A DNA stretch of 64,000 nucleotides from Eledone cirrhosa. Its lineage: Eukaryota. Under the pieces are notes generated by a model. The model did no database searches, was not told the DNA's origin, and was given only the letters and a program-made list of their open reading frames with translations. Positions 1 through 12,410 of the stretch are shown one piece after another; position 1 is the stretch's first letter, and each line of letters starts with the position of its first letter. The translations under genes and the position numbers were made by a program. Where the stretch lies: the NCBI GenBank assembly GCA_964016885.1, contig OZ024757.1:5766001-5830000 (forward strand), read 5' to 3'.

Positions 1-429
1 CACTAACTATTTCTGCAGCCTCCATTGTTTGTCTCTACTTCTACAACTGGTTATATATATGTATATATATGTGTGTGTGTATATGTGTTATGTGTATGAA
101 TGTAATTCCAAACACCTTCACAATTTCAAAATTTTCAGATAAATTTACCAAATCTAAAATGAAATATAGGAAAAAGAAATATTGATTAGTTTTGTGAAAA
201 TATTAGTTTTTCAAATAAATGGATTAATAAGAAAACATCATTTTCTCTAAATATATTAAATCCAGCTGTTTATTTGGCAAATATGATCAACAATGAGAAT
301 AATCACTAAAAATAAATGTTAACAAAGAAAAATATGATATTACATGTATTGTATGAAGAAAGTCCTAGTGAGAAAATGTAGTTACACAGAATATAAGTAT
401 TGCCAATGAATATATATAAGAAGTATTGC

Positions 430-1350
430 CAACTTGGAGCACCCCCTGGTGCTCAAGTGGTCACACATGCCATTCAAACAAAGAAGGTGGCTTGGAAATA
501 AGTCCTTCTTGCACTTGCAGGACAAGCAGTCATGAAAAGTCACAGCAGAGACGACAGTCAGGTGTCTAAAATTAAGACATGGGAAATATTTGGGGTTAAG
601 CTGGAATCCAACTTCAGATCAACAAATATTTATGGGCTCATGCACAGCCAAGTTGGAAGAGGTATCAAGACTGGTGAGTGTAAGATCAGTCGGCTGATTT
701 TGCAGACGTCATCGTACTACTTAACTCAAGAGAAGGTGATCTCTGACATGCATTTGACAGATTTGATGCCAAGTGCTGCACGGCAGGAATGAAAATCAGT
801 GATGCAAAGACTGAGACACTCATCCTCTCAAGGAAGCCTGTTTAGTGCACTCCACAAGTGAATGGAGTTACACCGAATGCTTCAGCATTCGGTCATTAGA
901 AGAAAGGAGGTATGTGTGAAAGCTGAACTCGATATTTTCAATTTGTTTAGGTGCCAACCCTTAACTATCGTCATGAATCTTGTTTAATGATCGAAAGAAT
1001 ATGATTGCATATACTATTGGCTGAAATGGGGTTCCTTTGAAGGGTCTTTGGAGCAATGTTACTCAATAGAATGAGTAACTCGGAGATCAGAGAGTCACTC
1101 CAGGTAGAGCCGCTACTTCTCCGAATTGAGAGATCTCAACTCTGATACTACAGACATGAGGTTAGAATGTCTCAGGAAAGAATTGTTGAAAAGATTTTAT
1201 GAGCAAAGCCAACCATCAGGAGTACCTGGGGTAGACCCTGAGCAAGATGGTTGGATAACATCCATGAGCTTGGCTGGTTTCACTTGGGCATTCAGCTGGA
1301 TCAGTTGGAGACAGTTGCTTCTGACAGGACCCATTGGAAGGAGTACTTGA
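430..1350 (+). mobile_element. Degenerate RTE-clade LINE fragment (family A; RT C-terminal region, internally deleted)
   Basis: Broken frames read CKISRLI..ADVIVL..AGMKIS..KTETLILSRKPV and later HES..LRIERSQL..GHEVRMSQE. Same family as the minus-strand copy at 1600-2785. Many stops and frameshifts. Confidence 0.75.
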
Positions 1351-1599
1351 GAAATATTCCCCCACTGCCCTCCTCCCAGGAATATATCAGCAAAGAAGAA
1401 TATATATATTATAAACCCCATTTGTAAGCCAAGGCAGCTAATCAACACAAGTTTAGGTGGTGTGGCTTTGAAATTCTCATGAGTATAAAATATATTTATG
1501 AAGTTTTAGTATTTTAATCTTTAAAATGTTTTAAGTGTCTTTTAGAATATAGTTTTTGTTACACAACTCCATTACGTAATGCTTTTTTACCATTTCATC

Positions 1600-2785
1600 T
1601 GTTTTCTTCTTTGCCAACTTATTCCTGATAGGGTCAGGGTATAGAGTCCTCAAACTCTCCTTCCAGTGGGTCCTGTCAGAAGCAACCATCTCCAACTGAT
1701 CCAGCTGCATGCCCAAGCACGTCTTGTTCGGGATCTACCCCTGGGTCTTTTGCTGGTTGTTTTACCCGTAACATCTGTCCAGCGATTCTTTCCTGAGACA
1801 TTCTAACCTCATGCCCAGAGTATTGGCGCTGTCATCTCTCAATTCAGAGAAGTAGTTGCTCTACCTGCAATGACTGATCTCTAAGCTATGCACTTTATCG
1901 AGTAACGTTATTCAAAAGACCCTTCGGAAGTATCCCATTCTAGCCCCATGCCTATAGTATCGGAGCTGTGATCTCTCAATTCAGAGAAGTAGCAGCTCTA
2001 CTCGGAGTGACTTTCTGATCTCTGAGCTACACACTCTATCGAGTAACAATACTACAAAGACCCTTCGCAGGAACCTCATTCACGATTATATTTTTTGGGT
2101 CATTATCCAAGATTCATGACCCTAGGTAAGGGTTGGCATGAATGTCGAATTGAAACAGTGAGTTTGGCTTTTACTCCTTCCTACCTTCTGATTAATGAAG
2201 CTGGCATATTACTGTACCAGTCTTTGTAATTCTTACACTTAATTTAGCCTCTTGCCTACCATCACTCGTGAACATGGCCCCAAGATACTTGAACTTCTCT
2301 ACCTGCTTCAGTGGAACTCCATTCACATGTAGAGTACACTGCACTGGCTTCCATGAGAGGACAAGTGTCTCAGTTTTCACAGTACTGATTTTCATTCCAG
2401 CCATGCAGCACTCGGCAACAAACCTATCAAGTGCAAGTCAAATATCATCTTCTGTCGAGTTAAATAATACCATGTCATCATCAAATTCCAGCCAAGTGAT
2501 TTTACAGCCGCCAGACATGATACCACTTCCAACCCAGCTGCGTATATCAATCCTGTTCATGTAAATAACAAACAGGAGAGTTGACAGTATACACCCTTGG
2601 TGGAGTCCAACTCCCATATTGAATGGTTTCTATTTAACACCATTTATCCCAACATAGATACTCAGGCATTGATATAGAGACATCAGGGCAGCAAGAAGTT
2701 GACTATCAATCACATACTCCTGTACAGCCTACCACAGCAGGTGGCCAAGGAACGTAGTCATATGCCTTCTCAAGGTCAACAAAAT
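1600..2785 (-). mobile_element. Degenerate RTE-clade LINE RT fragment (family A), tail-to-tail with 430-1350
   Basis: Minus-strand RT motifs VDLEKAYD, VGLHQGCILSTLLFVIYMNRID and MAGMKISTVKTETLVLSWKPVQCTLHVNGVPLKQVEKFKYLGAMFTSDG (ORF 2192..2404). Contains an internal duplication of about 140 bp. Confidence 0.85.
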
Positions 2786-2848
2786 ATATGAGTATATACA
2801 GTATATATAATATTGTATGGACCTAATAAAATAGTACATTTAACTTAC

Positions 2849-2910
2849 GTATTTTATAATCACTTTCGTCGATTTCATTGGTTTTGTATTAGAAACTGGT
2901 AATTGGGAAT
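2849..2910 (-). CDS. Possible isolated internal exon of a host gene (62 bp)
   Basis: Minus strand has acceptor ttatttcag| and donor |gtaagtt. Only one frame is open (xSQLPVSNTKPMKSTKVIIKY). No partner exon was found. Confidence 0.3.
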
Positions 2911-3141
2911 CTGAAATAATGGAATATTATTGATAAAAACATTTTTATTTTTACATAAATGTAAGTAAAGTCTCAAAAATAAGTTTTAAATAACAAAAAA
3001 AGAAATTATGAATATAAAACTGATATTATCATCATCATCATCACCATCATACATGTGTATTTCTGTGCTGGATAGGTTGGATGGATTGTTACAGACCAAC
3101 CCAATATTTAATAAAAGCTACTGTCTTCTTACAGACCGAAT

Positions 3142-3195
<54 letters not shown>

Positions 3196-3227
3196 ATGTT
3201 ATTATTTACTATCTCACACTTTTTAAT

Positions 3228-3350
3228 AATTGTTTCTACTTTAGGAACAAGGCCAGCAATTACCCCAGTGCATTACTGGTACTTTATTTTATCGACCACG
3301 TAAGGATGAAAGGCAAAGCTAACCCCGATGGGATTTGAACTCAGACCATA
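3228..3350 (-). mobile_element. tRNA-derived SINE, 5'-truncated (Nin-domain-like core)
   Basis: Reverse complement carries the B box gagttcaaatcc and the core tgcctttcatcctt..gtcgataaaataaagtaccag, matching the full copy at 51329-51518. Confidence 0.85.
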
Positions 3351-3489
3351 AAGGAACAGTCAGCAAGGTTAAAATTAACAATAAATATTAACTGAAGAAT
3401 TTAGTATAACAGTAAGTGTTCATCAAAGCTCCGTCCATAGCCCCCTCCTGTTTGTTATTCCCCTTCAAGCTATAACAGAGGGGTTTAAG

Positions 3490-4292
3490 ACTGGCTGCCC
3501 ATGGGAACTTCTATATGCAAATTATCTAACTCTCATAGCTGAATCTATGGCTGAACTAGAGAACAAATTCCAAACATGGAAGCATGGCCTAGAATCAAAA
3601 GACCTTAAAGATAACTTATCTAAGACTAAAGTTCTGGTACGTAGAAAGGAAAATAGGGCACAGGTGCCCACAGGGAAATGACCATGCTCAGTGTGTAGGA
3701 AAGGAGTAGGTAGAAATTCCATTCTATGCCCCAAATGCAAACTATAGGTACATAAAGATATAGTGGGATCACAGGCAAGCTATCTAAGAATGTAGATGGT
3801 TCTATAGAGACATGGGCATTGTGTGCAGAGGACATGCCCAGATTGGAAAGGAACGAAGCATGCATGCTCCATTGGAAGTGTAATAGTAATATACATGAAC
3901 AGTAAAACATAAACTAAGTGAGAAATTAGGATTAGAGGAATCAGATGCTGTTTACTTGAGAGAAGACTACGTTGGTATGGTGATGTGATGCACATGAAAG
4001 ATGACAGCTGTATAACAAAGTGCAGGGCGATCAAAATTGATAGAAGTTACGGAGTAGGTAGACCCAGAAAAACCTGGGTCGACATGATCTGACCTTGCAT
4101 ATTTAGACCTCTCTAAGACAATGTCACTGGATCGAGATTTTGGCACCACACAGTAATACAGAAGACCCACCTTCCCGATGTCCTATATGAGCAAGACACG
4201 GTCACCTGATCAATCTTGCCTCAAGTGGGACAATTACCATCTAACCCATGCTAGCATGGAAGATCTACGTTAAATGTTGATGATGATGATGA
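3490..4292 (+). mobile_element. RTE LINE 3' fragment (family B) with (GAT)n tail
   Basis: Collinear with 17080-18370 (FKTGCPWELLYA; GKxPCSVCRKGVGRNSILCPKCK), with an internal deletion. Ends cgttaaatgttgatgatgatgat next to a TA-rich run. Confidence 0.9.
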
Positions 4293-5064
4293 TATATGTG
4301 TGTATAGGATATATATATATATGTATGTAGAAAATATATATGTGTGTCTATATATATGTATAGGATATATATAGTGTATATATAAAATGTATGTATGGTT
4401 TATGTGTAAAAAAAATATATATATGGTGTGTGTATACGATATATATATATATATGTATGTAGAAAATAGATATGTGTATATGTGGTGTGTATATATATGT
4501 ATGTGTATGAAATATATGTATATGTATGTATAGGAGTTTATATATATATATATGTATGCATATAAAATATATGTATGTGTGTATGTGATATATATATATA
4601 TATATGTGTATGTACAAGATATGTATAATATATATGTATGTTTAGTGTGTATGTGTGTATATATATATACACCCAAGTTAACCAGGAATCTATAAAATTC
4701 TTCCCACCGAAGTTAACAAAGAACCAACTCATATTATTATAATATTATAAAATTAAATCAAATATTTTTTAACACTACATGTGAAGTCATTCTTTTCCTT
4801 TTCTTCAAATAAACCTAACAGTACCAAGGATCTCACACATGTTCCAATATATATATCTATATATATATATATATATATATACAGTCCACACTGTAATGTG
4901 GTCGTGTAGGTAAGACGGTAAAAAGTTCCCAGTTCCACACTGTAAATGTGGTTAGTCTTAGGAAGGGCATCCAGCCGTAGAAAACCTGCCAGATAGTCCT
5001 ATATGAGCGAGACATGGCCACCCGACCAACCTTCCCTCAAGATATAATGGACGCTATATCACAT

Positions 5065-5295
5065 TGCTTATATTTCCGTCACTAAATTTCACCATGATGC
5101 AGTTTATATATAATATCATCTTTTTTAAATGTATCATGGACTACTTTACTGATTACAGAAGAAAGTGTAACACACTCTCTTCAATTTCTGTGGATAATGT
5201 CAATTACAATTTTATTTGAGATATCATATCTACATGTATGTATATTTGTGTATAATATCAACATACACACTACACATGCCAGCAGAAAACCAACA
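5065..5295. repeat. Diverged copy of the dispersed ~430-bp repeat also at 10970-11405 and 63160-63905
   Basis: Direct similarity to 63345-63780 (tgcagtttatatataatatc...atcatatctacatg...cacactacacatgc.agc.gaaaacca). Confidence 0.8.
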
Positions 5296-5429
5296 CAACA
5301 GCAACAACAACAAAAAACAAGACAAAGATTACCAGGTAACTTACTTTTTAGTCTATTTTACATTGTTTAGTCTTATATTACTTTCCACATTTTACGTATA
5401 TGTGTGTGTATTTGTATATATATATATAT

Positions 5430-5710
5430 ATGTATTGAGTGCCTTATATGCTGTGGTTATCCCGATTTCACTCGGGATCTCACACACACACATATATATA
5501 TGTATGTTTGTCTCATCTCACACACACACATATATATATGTATGTTTATCCCAGGTTCAATCTGGGGTAACCACAGTAAGTACGGTACTCAATACATAGC
5601 AGAGTATGAATATTTAATATAGAAATGGCTTCTAATCAGGAAGCTTCCTGATGATTTCTCCCGAATGAATCAAGTCTAGTCCTGTAGAAGCCATGTCTAT
5701 ATTAAATATA
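5430..5710. mobile_element. Hammerhead-family (PLE pLTR/retrozyme-like) insert, rearranged, with degenerate ribozyme
   Basis: ctgatga at 5648-5654, gaat instead of GAAA at 5667, gtc at 5679-5681. The 3' tail is inverted at 5550-5633 and is homologous to 33755-33840, including the bulged hairpin tactc-tgc-tat-gta-tt-gagta. Confidence 0.6.
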
Positions 5711-5719
5711 AATATATAT

Positions 5720-6235
5720 ATCATCATCATCATCATTTTACGTCCACTTTTCCCTGCTTGCAAGGGTGGGAAGGGTCCTATTCAGCACAGCATCTCTCCA
5801 TTTGTCACAGTCCTTCGTCATCTCCTCGCTGAGTTTCAGCGATCTGAGGTCTGCTCTCACCACCTCTACTCGTGTTTTTTGTGGTCTTCCTTCTATTGGG
5901 ATCTCCTGGCACTTCTTTACCCAGCGGTCATCTTCCATGAGCATCACATGTCCATAACATCTCAGTCTCCTCTCCTGCACTCCACAACTTATCCCTCTTA
6001 TACCCAGTTTCTCTCTCATGCTTGGTCGTTCACGCACATTGACATTGCACATCCAACAGAGCATATATCATCATCATCATTTCATTTTCCATCTACATTT
6101 CTCTACTTGCAAGGGTGGGACGGGAACTGATTCTGGCTTGATTTCTACAGCTGGATGCCCTTCCTAACACCAACCTCATTTACAGTGAGTGCTGGGTGCT
6201 TTTTTTTTGCCGTGGCACCTCCACGACGACTTTGC
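5720..6235 (-). mobile_element. Two adjacent RTE LINE 3' ends (family B)
   Basis: ORF 5738..6064 (MLCWMCNVNVRERPSMREKLGIRGISCGVQERRLRCYGHV) matches the 17735..18073 protein. (ATC)n tails at about 5720 and 6068. Confidence 0.85.
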
Positions 6236-6259
6236 AGTGGAATGATAGGGACCCTAGTC

Positions 6260-6342
6260 CCTATCATCTCATTTCTACAGCTGAGTAAACTGGAGCAATG
6301 TGAAATAAAGTGCCTTGCTCAAGGAAACAACACATCACCCGG
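6260..6342 (-). mobile_element. Fragment of a second SINE family
   Basis: Reverse complement gttgtttccttgagcaaggcactttatttcacattgctccagtttactcagctg. A related + strand copy lies at 62350-62420. Confidence 0.55.
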
Positions 6343-9300
6343 TCTAGCTGTCTCGTGTTGTCATCTAGTTGTCTGGTGTGGTCATCTAGCAGTATGGTGT
6401 GGTCATCTAGCTGTCTGATGTGGTCATCTATGTCTGATGTGGTCATCTAGCCGTCTGATGTGGTCATCTAGCTGTCTGATGTCGTCATCTAGCTGTCTGG
6501 TGTGGTCATCTAGCTGTCTGATGTGGTCATCTAGCTGTGTGGTGTGGTCATCTAGCTGTCTGATGTGGTCATCTAGCTGTCTGATGTCATCTAGCTGTCT
6601 CATGTCATCATCTAGCTGTCTCGTGTGGTCATCTATGTCTGATGTGGTCATCTAGCTGTCTGGTGTGGTCATCTAGCTGTCTGATGTGGTCATCTAGCTG
6701 TCTGGTGTGGTCATCTAGCTGTGTGGTGTGGTCATCTAGCTGTCTGATATGGTCATCTAGCTGTCTGATGTCATCTAGCTGTCTCATGTCATCTAGCTGT
6801 CACGTGTGGTCATCTATGTCTGATGTGGTCATCTAGCTGTCTGGTGTGTTCATCTATGTCTGATGTGGTCATATATGTCTGATGTGGTCATCTAGCTGTC
6901 TGGTGTGGTCATCTAGCTGTCTGATGTGGTCATCTAGCTGTATGGTGTTGTCATCTAGCTGTCTGATGTGGTCATCTAGCTGTATGGTGTGGTCATCTAG
7001 CTGTCTGGTGTGGTCATCTAGCTGTCTGGTGTGGTCATCTAGCTGTCTGGTGTGGTCGTCTAGCTGTATGGTGTGGTCGTCTAGCTGTCTGGTGTGGTCA
7101 TCTAGCTGTCAGATGTGGTCATCTATGTCTGATGTGGTCATCTAGCTGTATGGTGTGGTCGTCTAGCTGTCTGGTGTGGTCATCTAGCTGTCTGATGTGG
7201 TCATCTAGCTGTCTGGTGTGGTCATCTAGCTGTCTGTTGTGGTCATCTAGCTGTCTGATGTCATCTAGCTGTCTCATGTCATCTAGCTGTCTCGTGTGGT
7301 CATCTATGTCTGATGTGGTCATCTAGCTGTATGGTGTGGTCATCTAGCTGTCTGATGTGGTCATCTATGTCTGATGTGGTCATCTAGCCGTCTGATGTGG
7401 TCATCTAGCTGTCTGATGTCGTCATCTAGCTGTCTGGTGTGGTCATCTAGCTGTCTGATGTGGTCATCTAGCTGTGTGGTGTGGTCATCTAGCTGTCTGA
7501 TGTGGTCATCTAGCTGTCTGATGTCATCTAGCTGTCTCATGTCGTCATCTAGCTGTCTCGTGTGGTCATCTATGTCTGATGTGGTCATCTAGCTGTCTGG
7601 TGTGGTCATCTAGCTGTCTGATGTGGTCATCTAGCTGTGTGGTGTGGTCATCTAGCTGTCTGATGTGGTCATCTAGCTGTCTGATGTCATCTAGCTGTCT
7701 CATGTCATCTAGCTGTCTCGTGTGGTCATCTATGTCTGATGTGGTCATCTAGCTGTCTGGTGTGGTCATCTATGTCTGATGTGGTCATATATGTCTGATG
7801 TGGTCATCTAGCTGTCTGATGTGGTCATCTAGTTGTATGGTGTGGTCATCTAGCTGTCTGATGTGGTCATCTAGCTGTATGGTGTGGTCATCTAGCTGTC
7901 TGGTGTGGTCATCTAGCTGTCTGGTGTGGTCATCTAGCTGTATGGTGTGATCATCTAGCTGTCTGGTGTGGTCATCTATGTCTGATGTGGTCATCTAGCT
8001 GTCTGGTGTGGTCGTCTAGCTGTATGGTGTGGTCGTCTAGCTGTCTGGTGTGGTCATCTAGCTGTCTGATGTGGTCATCTATGTCTGATGTGGTCATCTA
8101 GCTGTATGGTGTGGTCGTCTAGCTGTCTGGTGTGGTCATCTAGCTGTATGGTGTGGTCGTCTAGCTGTCTGGTGTGGTCACCTAGCTGTCTGATGTGGTC
8201 ATCTAGCTGTCTGGTGTGGCCATCTAGATGTCTGTTGTGGTCATCTAGCTGTATGGTGTGGTCGTCTAGCTGTCTGGTGTGGTCATCTAGCTGTCTGGTG
8301 TGGTCATCTAGCTGTCTGGTGTGGTCATCTAGCTGTCTGATGTGGTCATCTAGCTGTCTGTTGTGGTCATCTAGCTGTATGGTGTGGTCGTCTAGCTGTC
8401 TGGTGTGGTCATCTAGCTGTCTGGTGTGGTCATCTAGCTGTCTGGTGTGATCATCTAGCTGTCTGGTGTGGTCATCTAGCTGTATGGTGTGGTCATCTGG
8501 CTGTCTGGTGTGGTCATCTAGCTGTCTGGTGTGGTCATCTAGCTGTCTGGTGTGGTCATCTATCTGTCTGGTGTGGTCATCTAGCTGTCTGGTGTGGTCA
8601 TCTAGCTGTCTGGTGTGGTCATCTAGCTGTCTGGTGTGGTCATCTAGCTGTCTGGTGTGGTCATCTAGCTGTCTGATGTGGTCAACTAGCTGTCTGATGT
8701 GGTCATCTAACTGTCTGATGTGGTCATCTAGCTGTCTGGTGTGGTCATCTAGCTGTCTGATGTGGTCATCTAGCTGTCTGTTGTGGTCATCTATGTCTGA
8801 TGTGGTCATCTAGCTGTCTGGTGTGGTCATCTAGCTGTCTGGTGTGATCATCTAGCTGTCTGGTGTGGTCATCTAGCTGTCAGATGTGGTCATCTAGCTG
8901 TCTGGTGTGGTCATCTAGCTGTCAGATGTGGTCATCTAGCTGTCTGGTGTGGTCATGTAGCTGTCTGGTGTGATCATCTAGCTGTATGGTGTGGTCGTCT
9001 AGCTGTCTGGTGTGATCATCTAGCTGTCTGGTGTGGTCATCTAGCTGTCTGGTGTGGTCATCTAGCTGTCAGATGTGGTCATCTAGCTGTCTGGTGTGGT
9101 CATCTAGCTGTCAGATGTGGTCATCTAGCTGTCTGGTGTGGTCATCTAGCTGTATGGTGTGGTCGTCTAGCTGTCTGATGTGGTCATCTAGCTGTCTGAT
9201 GTGGTCATCTAGCTGTCTGGTGTGGTCGTCTAGCTGTCTGGTGTGGTCGTCTAGCTGTCTGGTGTGATCATCTAGCTGTCTGGTGTGGTCATCTAGCTGT

Positions 9301-9940
9301 CTGGTGTGGTCATCTAGCTGTATGGTGTGATCATCTAGCTGTATGGTGTGATCATCTAGCTGTCTGGTGTGGTCGTCTAGCTGTCTGGTGTGGTCATCTA
9401 GCTGTATGGTGTGATCATCTAGCTGTATGGTGTGGTCGTCTAGCTGTCTGGTGTGGTCATCTAGCTGTCTGGTGTGATCATCTAGCTGTCTGGTGTGATC
9501 ATCTAGCTGTCTGGTGTGGTCATCTAGCTGTCAGATGTGGTCATCTAGCTGTCTGGTGTGGTCATCTAGCTGTCTGTTGTGGTCATCTAGCTGTATGGTG
9601 TGATCATCTAGCTGTCTGGTGTGGTCGTCTAGCTGTCTGGTGTGGTCATCTAGCTGTCAGATGTGGTCATCTAGCTGTCTGGTGTGATCATCTAGCTGTC
9701 TGGTGTGATCATCTAGCTGTCTGGTGTGGTCCTCTAGCTGTCTGGTGTGGTCATCTAGCTGTCTGGTGTGATCATCTAGCTGTCTGGTGTGGTCATCTAT
9801 GTCTGGTGTAGTCATCTAGCTGTCTGATGTGGTCATCTAACTGTCTGATGTGGTCATCTAGCTGTATGGTGTGGTCATCTAGCTGTCTGTTGTGGTCATC
9901 TAGCTGTCTGGTGTGGTCATCTAGCTGTCTGATGTGGTCA
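6343..9940. repeat. 21-bp satellite (TCTAGCTGTCTGGTGTGGTCA)n, about 170 copies
   Basis: Directly visible tandem array. The left half contains deletion variants and a higher-order repeat (6424-6651 recurs at 7361-7588). Confidence 0.97.
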
Positions 9941-10169
9941 TTGTTGTTATATAATGGTTATACAACCATTATATATATATAACAGTGAATATGAATAAAC
10001 AAAGTTAATTTTAGCCTGTTAACTTACACTTGTTTTCTATATATACTAGACCACCAGTGACCTGTTGGGTCACGTTCACTTAAATATAATTTTTAAATAA
10101 TTAAAATGTACACAGACATGTATATAATGTAACATGAAATTGGATAGCCCATATATACATATATATATC

Positions 10170-10579
10170 TATATATAATTGTTGTTGGATGCTTAAAGCA
10201 TCCGTATGCGGTAGGCCGTATGAGCACTCAATGCCCTCGTAGAGCAGAGTATGATATCACAGAAAAAGAGAATCAGTGTTGCGATGAAAGGAATTTATTG
10301 GACATATTACACATGTTTCTCGGGCGACCAGCTCGAGGCACGATCGATATGGTGATCAAACCTGACTCTGAAATCACTCGGTCGTCGGATACTTCTCGAT
10401 TCTACGAAGAAGATTTTATAGGAAAATCTGCTTCGTAGAATCGAAGTATCCGACGACCGAGTGATTTCAGAGTCAGGTTTGATCACCATATCGATCGTGC
10501 CTCGAGCTGGTCGCCCGAGAAGCATATGTAATATGTCCAATAAATTCCTTTCATCGCAACACAGATTCTCTTTTTTCTG

Positions 10580-10585
<6 letters not shown>
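10170..10585. mobile_element. Fold-back hammerhead-family insert: ~165-bp-arm palindrome (10254-10585) plus minus-strand 3' tail
   Basis: Near-perfect inverted repeat centred near 10419. Each arm carries a hammerhead 3' half (GAAA-CATATG-TA consensus, 10519-10530 and 10308-10319). Bulged hairpin on the minus strand at 10225-10251. Flanked by (TA)n. Confidence 0.75.
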
Positions 10586-10636
<51 letters not shown>

Positions 10637-10969
10637 TAGAAACTCTTCCTATGCAGCAAGAGACAGTAATGTTGTAATTCAATTCTTTGAAGTCTCTGGT
10701 TATAATTTCATTCAACAACACCACCAGCTCTCTCTCTTCCATCCTCTGTCTCCTCTCCCTCTGTCTCTCGATCAATCTACTCTTTCACAACCACTCTCTC
10801 TTTCTATCTTTCCCACTCTCTATTTATGAAGGTACCCTGAAAAACCCCGTATCTCGGGAACCTGTGCTCCAATTTATGTGAAACTTGTTTTATTACATTT
10901 GTATTCCCATTTCAGGGCCAACTTCCTTTCAAACTATTTTCCCATTATGTGCCCTTTTGGCTGTATTAC

Positions 10970-11405
10970 ATTACACTAGCAGAAAAATCACCCTTCGGGT
11001 GGTTTTCTGCTAGCATGTGTAGTGTGTATATTGATATTATATGCAGGTATATATATACATGTAGATATGATACATCAAATAAAATCGTAATTGACAATAT
11101 ATAATGCATAGAAATTGAACGAAGACTGCGTTACACTGTCTTATGTAATAAGTAACGTAATCCATGATACATTAAAAAAGACGATATTATATATAAACTG
11201 CATTAGGAGAAAATTAGTGACAGAAAATTAATAGTTTATTTTAGCGATGGCCAACCGGAAGTGTTGACATTTGAAAATTTTAAAAAAGTGAAATTTAAAT
11301 AAACAAAATATATTTAATGAACAGCCACGAAATTTAGTAGATAAATTATGTAATATTCATTATTTATTCAAGGTAACCCAACTTATTATACAAACGGGAT
11401 AAAAT
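10970..11405. repeat. Dispersed repeat with a palindromic CTAG-...-CACCCTTCGGGTG-...-CTAG end (possibly Helitron-derived)
   Basis: Reverse complement of 63160-63780. Terminal palindrome ctagcagaaaaatcaccc-ttc-gggtggttttctgctag at about 10976-11013. Confidence 0.7.
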
Positions 11406-11849
11406 AAAAAAAATTGTATGCAATCCCGCAGACCTTCCTTATAGTTTAGATTACAGGCAATAACAGAGTTTTAGTAGTAGATAGATAGATAGATATCTTT
11501 ATCTGCCACAGGGGCGCACACAAATGGGACATTACAAGACGTGACGGCGGGGATTTTACATAAAAATCATATAACTTTAACATTAATAAATAACAATAAA
11601 CTATATATAATAAAATAACAATTGAAATCCCCAATAAGGGGGGAACGTTACTACAGGGTTGTTTTACACCCCATGGATAGAACAACCCTCAACACCAGGA
11701 ACACGTTTTGTAGGTGTTCCCGTCTTCCCTCTGTTTATCTTCCTCAACCTACAGGTTTATATCACTCAGGACATTTTCGCCACATTCACTCATCTTTCAG
11801 CGAATTTACTGAGGTGAGATAGATAGACAGATAGATATATAGATAGATG

Positions 11850-12030
11850 TATTGTTTCTACTTTTGGCACAAAGCCAGCAATTACCCTAGTGCATTGCTG
11901 GTGCTTTATTCTATCGATTCCGTAAGGATGAAAGGCAAAATTAACCTTGGCGGGATTTAAACTCAAACCATAAAGGGTTGTAACTCTATGCCTCACAGCA
12001 TGGCGTCCGACTCTCTACCAATACTGCCCT
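11850..12030 (-). mobile_element. tRNA-derived SINE, near full length
   Basis: Reverse complement has the A-box region ggcagtattggtagagagtcggacgccatgc, B box gagtttaaatcccgcc and the conserved core. Confidence 0.85.
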
Positions 12031-12234
12031 TTTCTATCTACAGGAAGTGTTCCATCCCCAAGCCTTAATAGATTCAGGGTGAACAGCTCTGATGGTTCAT
12101 CTCTACCAAGGTTTGCCCTCATCTTTGTAGAGAGTTCAGCGTTGATTATTTTCAAACAGGCTCAGATTTCATCACTTATTTCCTTTTGGAATGACTGGGA
12201 GGGTTTGTCTAGAATGTCCTCCACTTCCTCTTCC

Positions 12235-12376
12235 CACTACTGCTGTACTACCACTACCACTACTACTACTACTACCACTACCACTACCACTACTACTACT
12301 ACTACCACTACCACTACCTCTGCTACTACTACTACCACTACCACTACTACCACCACGGCTGCTACCACCATTACTA

Positions 12377-12410
<34 letters not shown>

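Noticed and set aside
6424-9267. Heptad-repeat ORFs (HTRQLDD)n and (WSSSCLV)n as coiled-coil proteins
   Set aside because: These are translations of a 21-bp satellite and are broken repeatedly by non-triplet deletion variants.
10168-10200. TCTATATATAA as a Helitron 5' end
   Set aside because: Better explained as the TA junction of the minus-strand tail of the 10170-10585 element. No matching 3' end with a following T was found.
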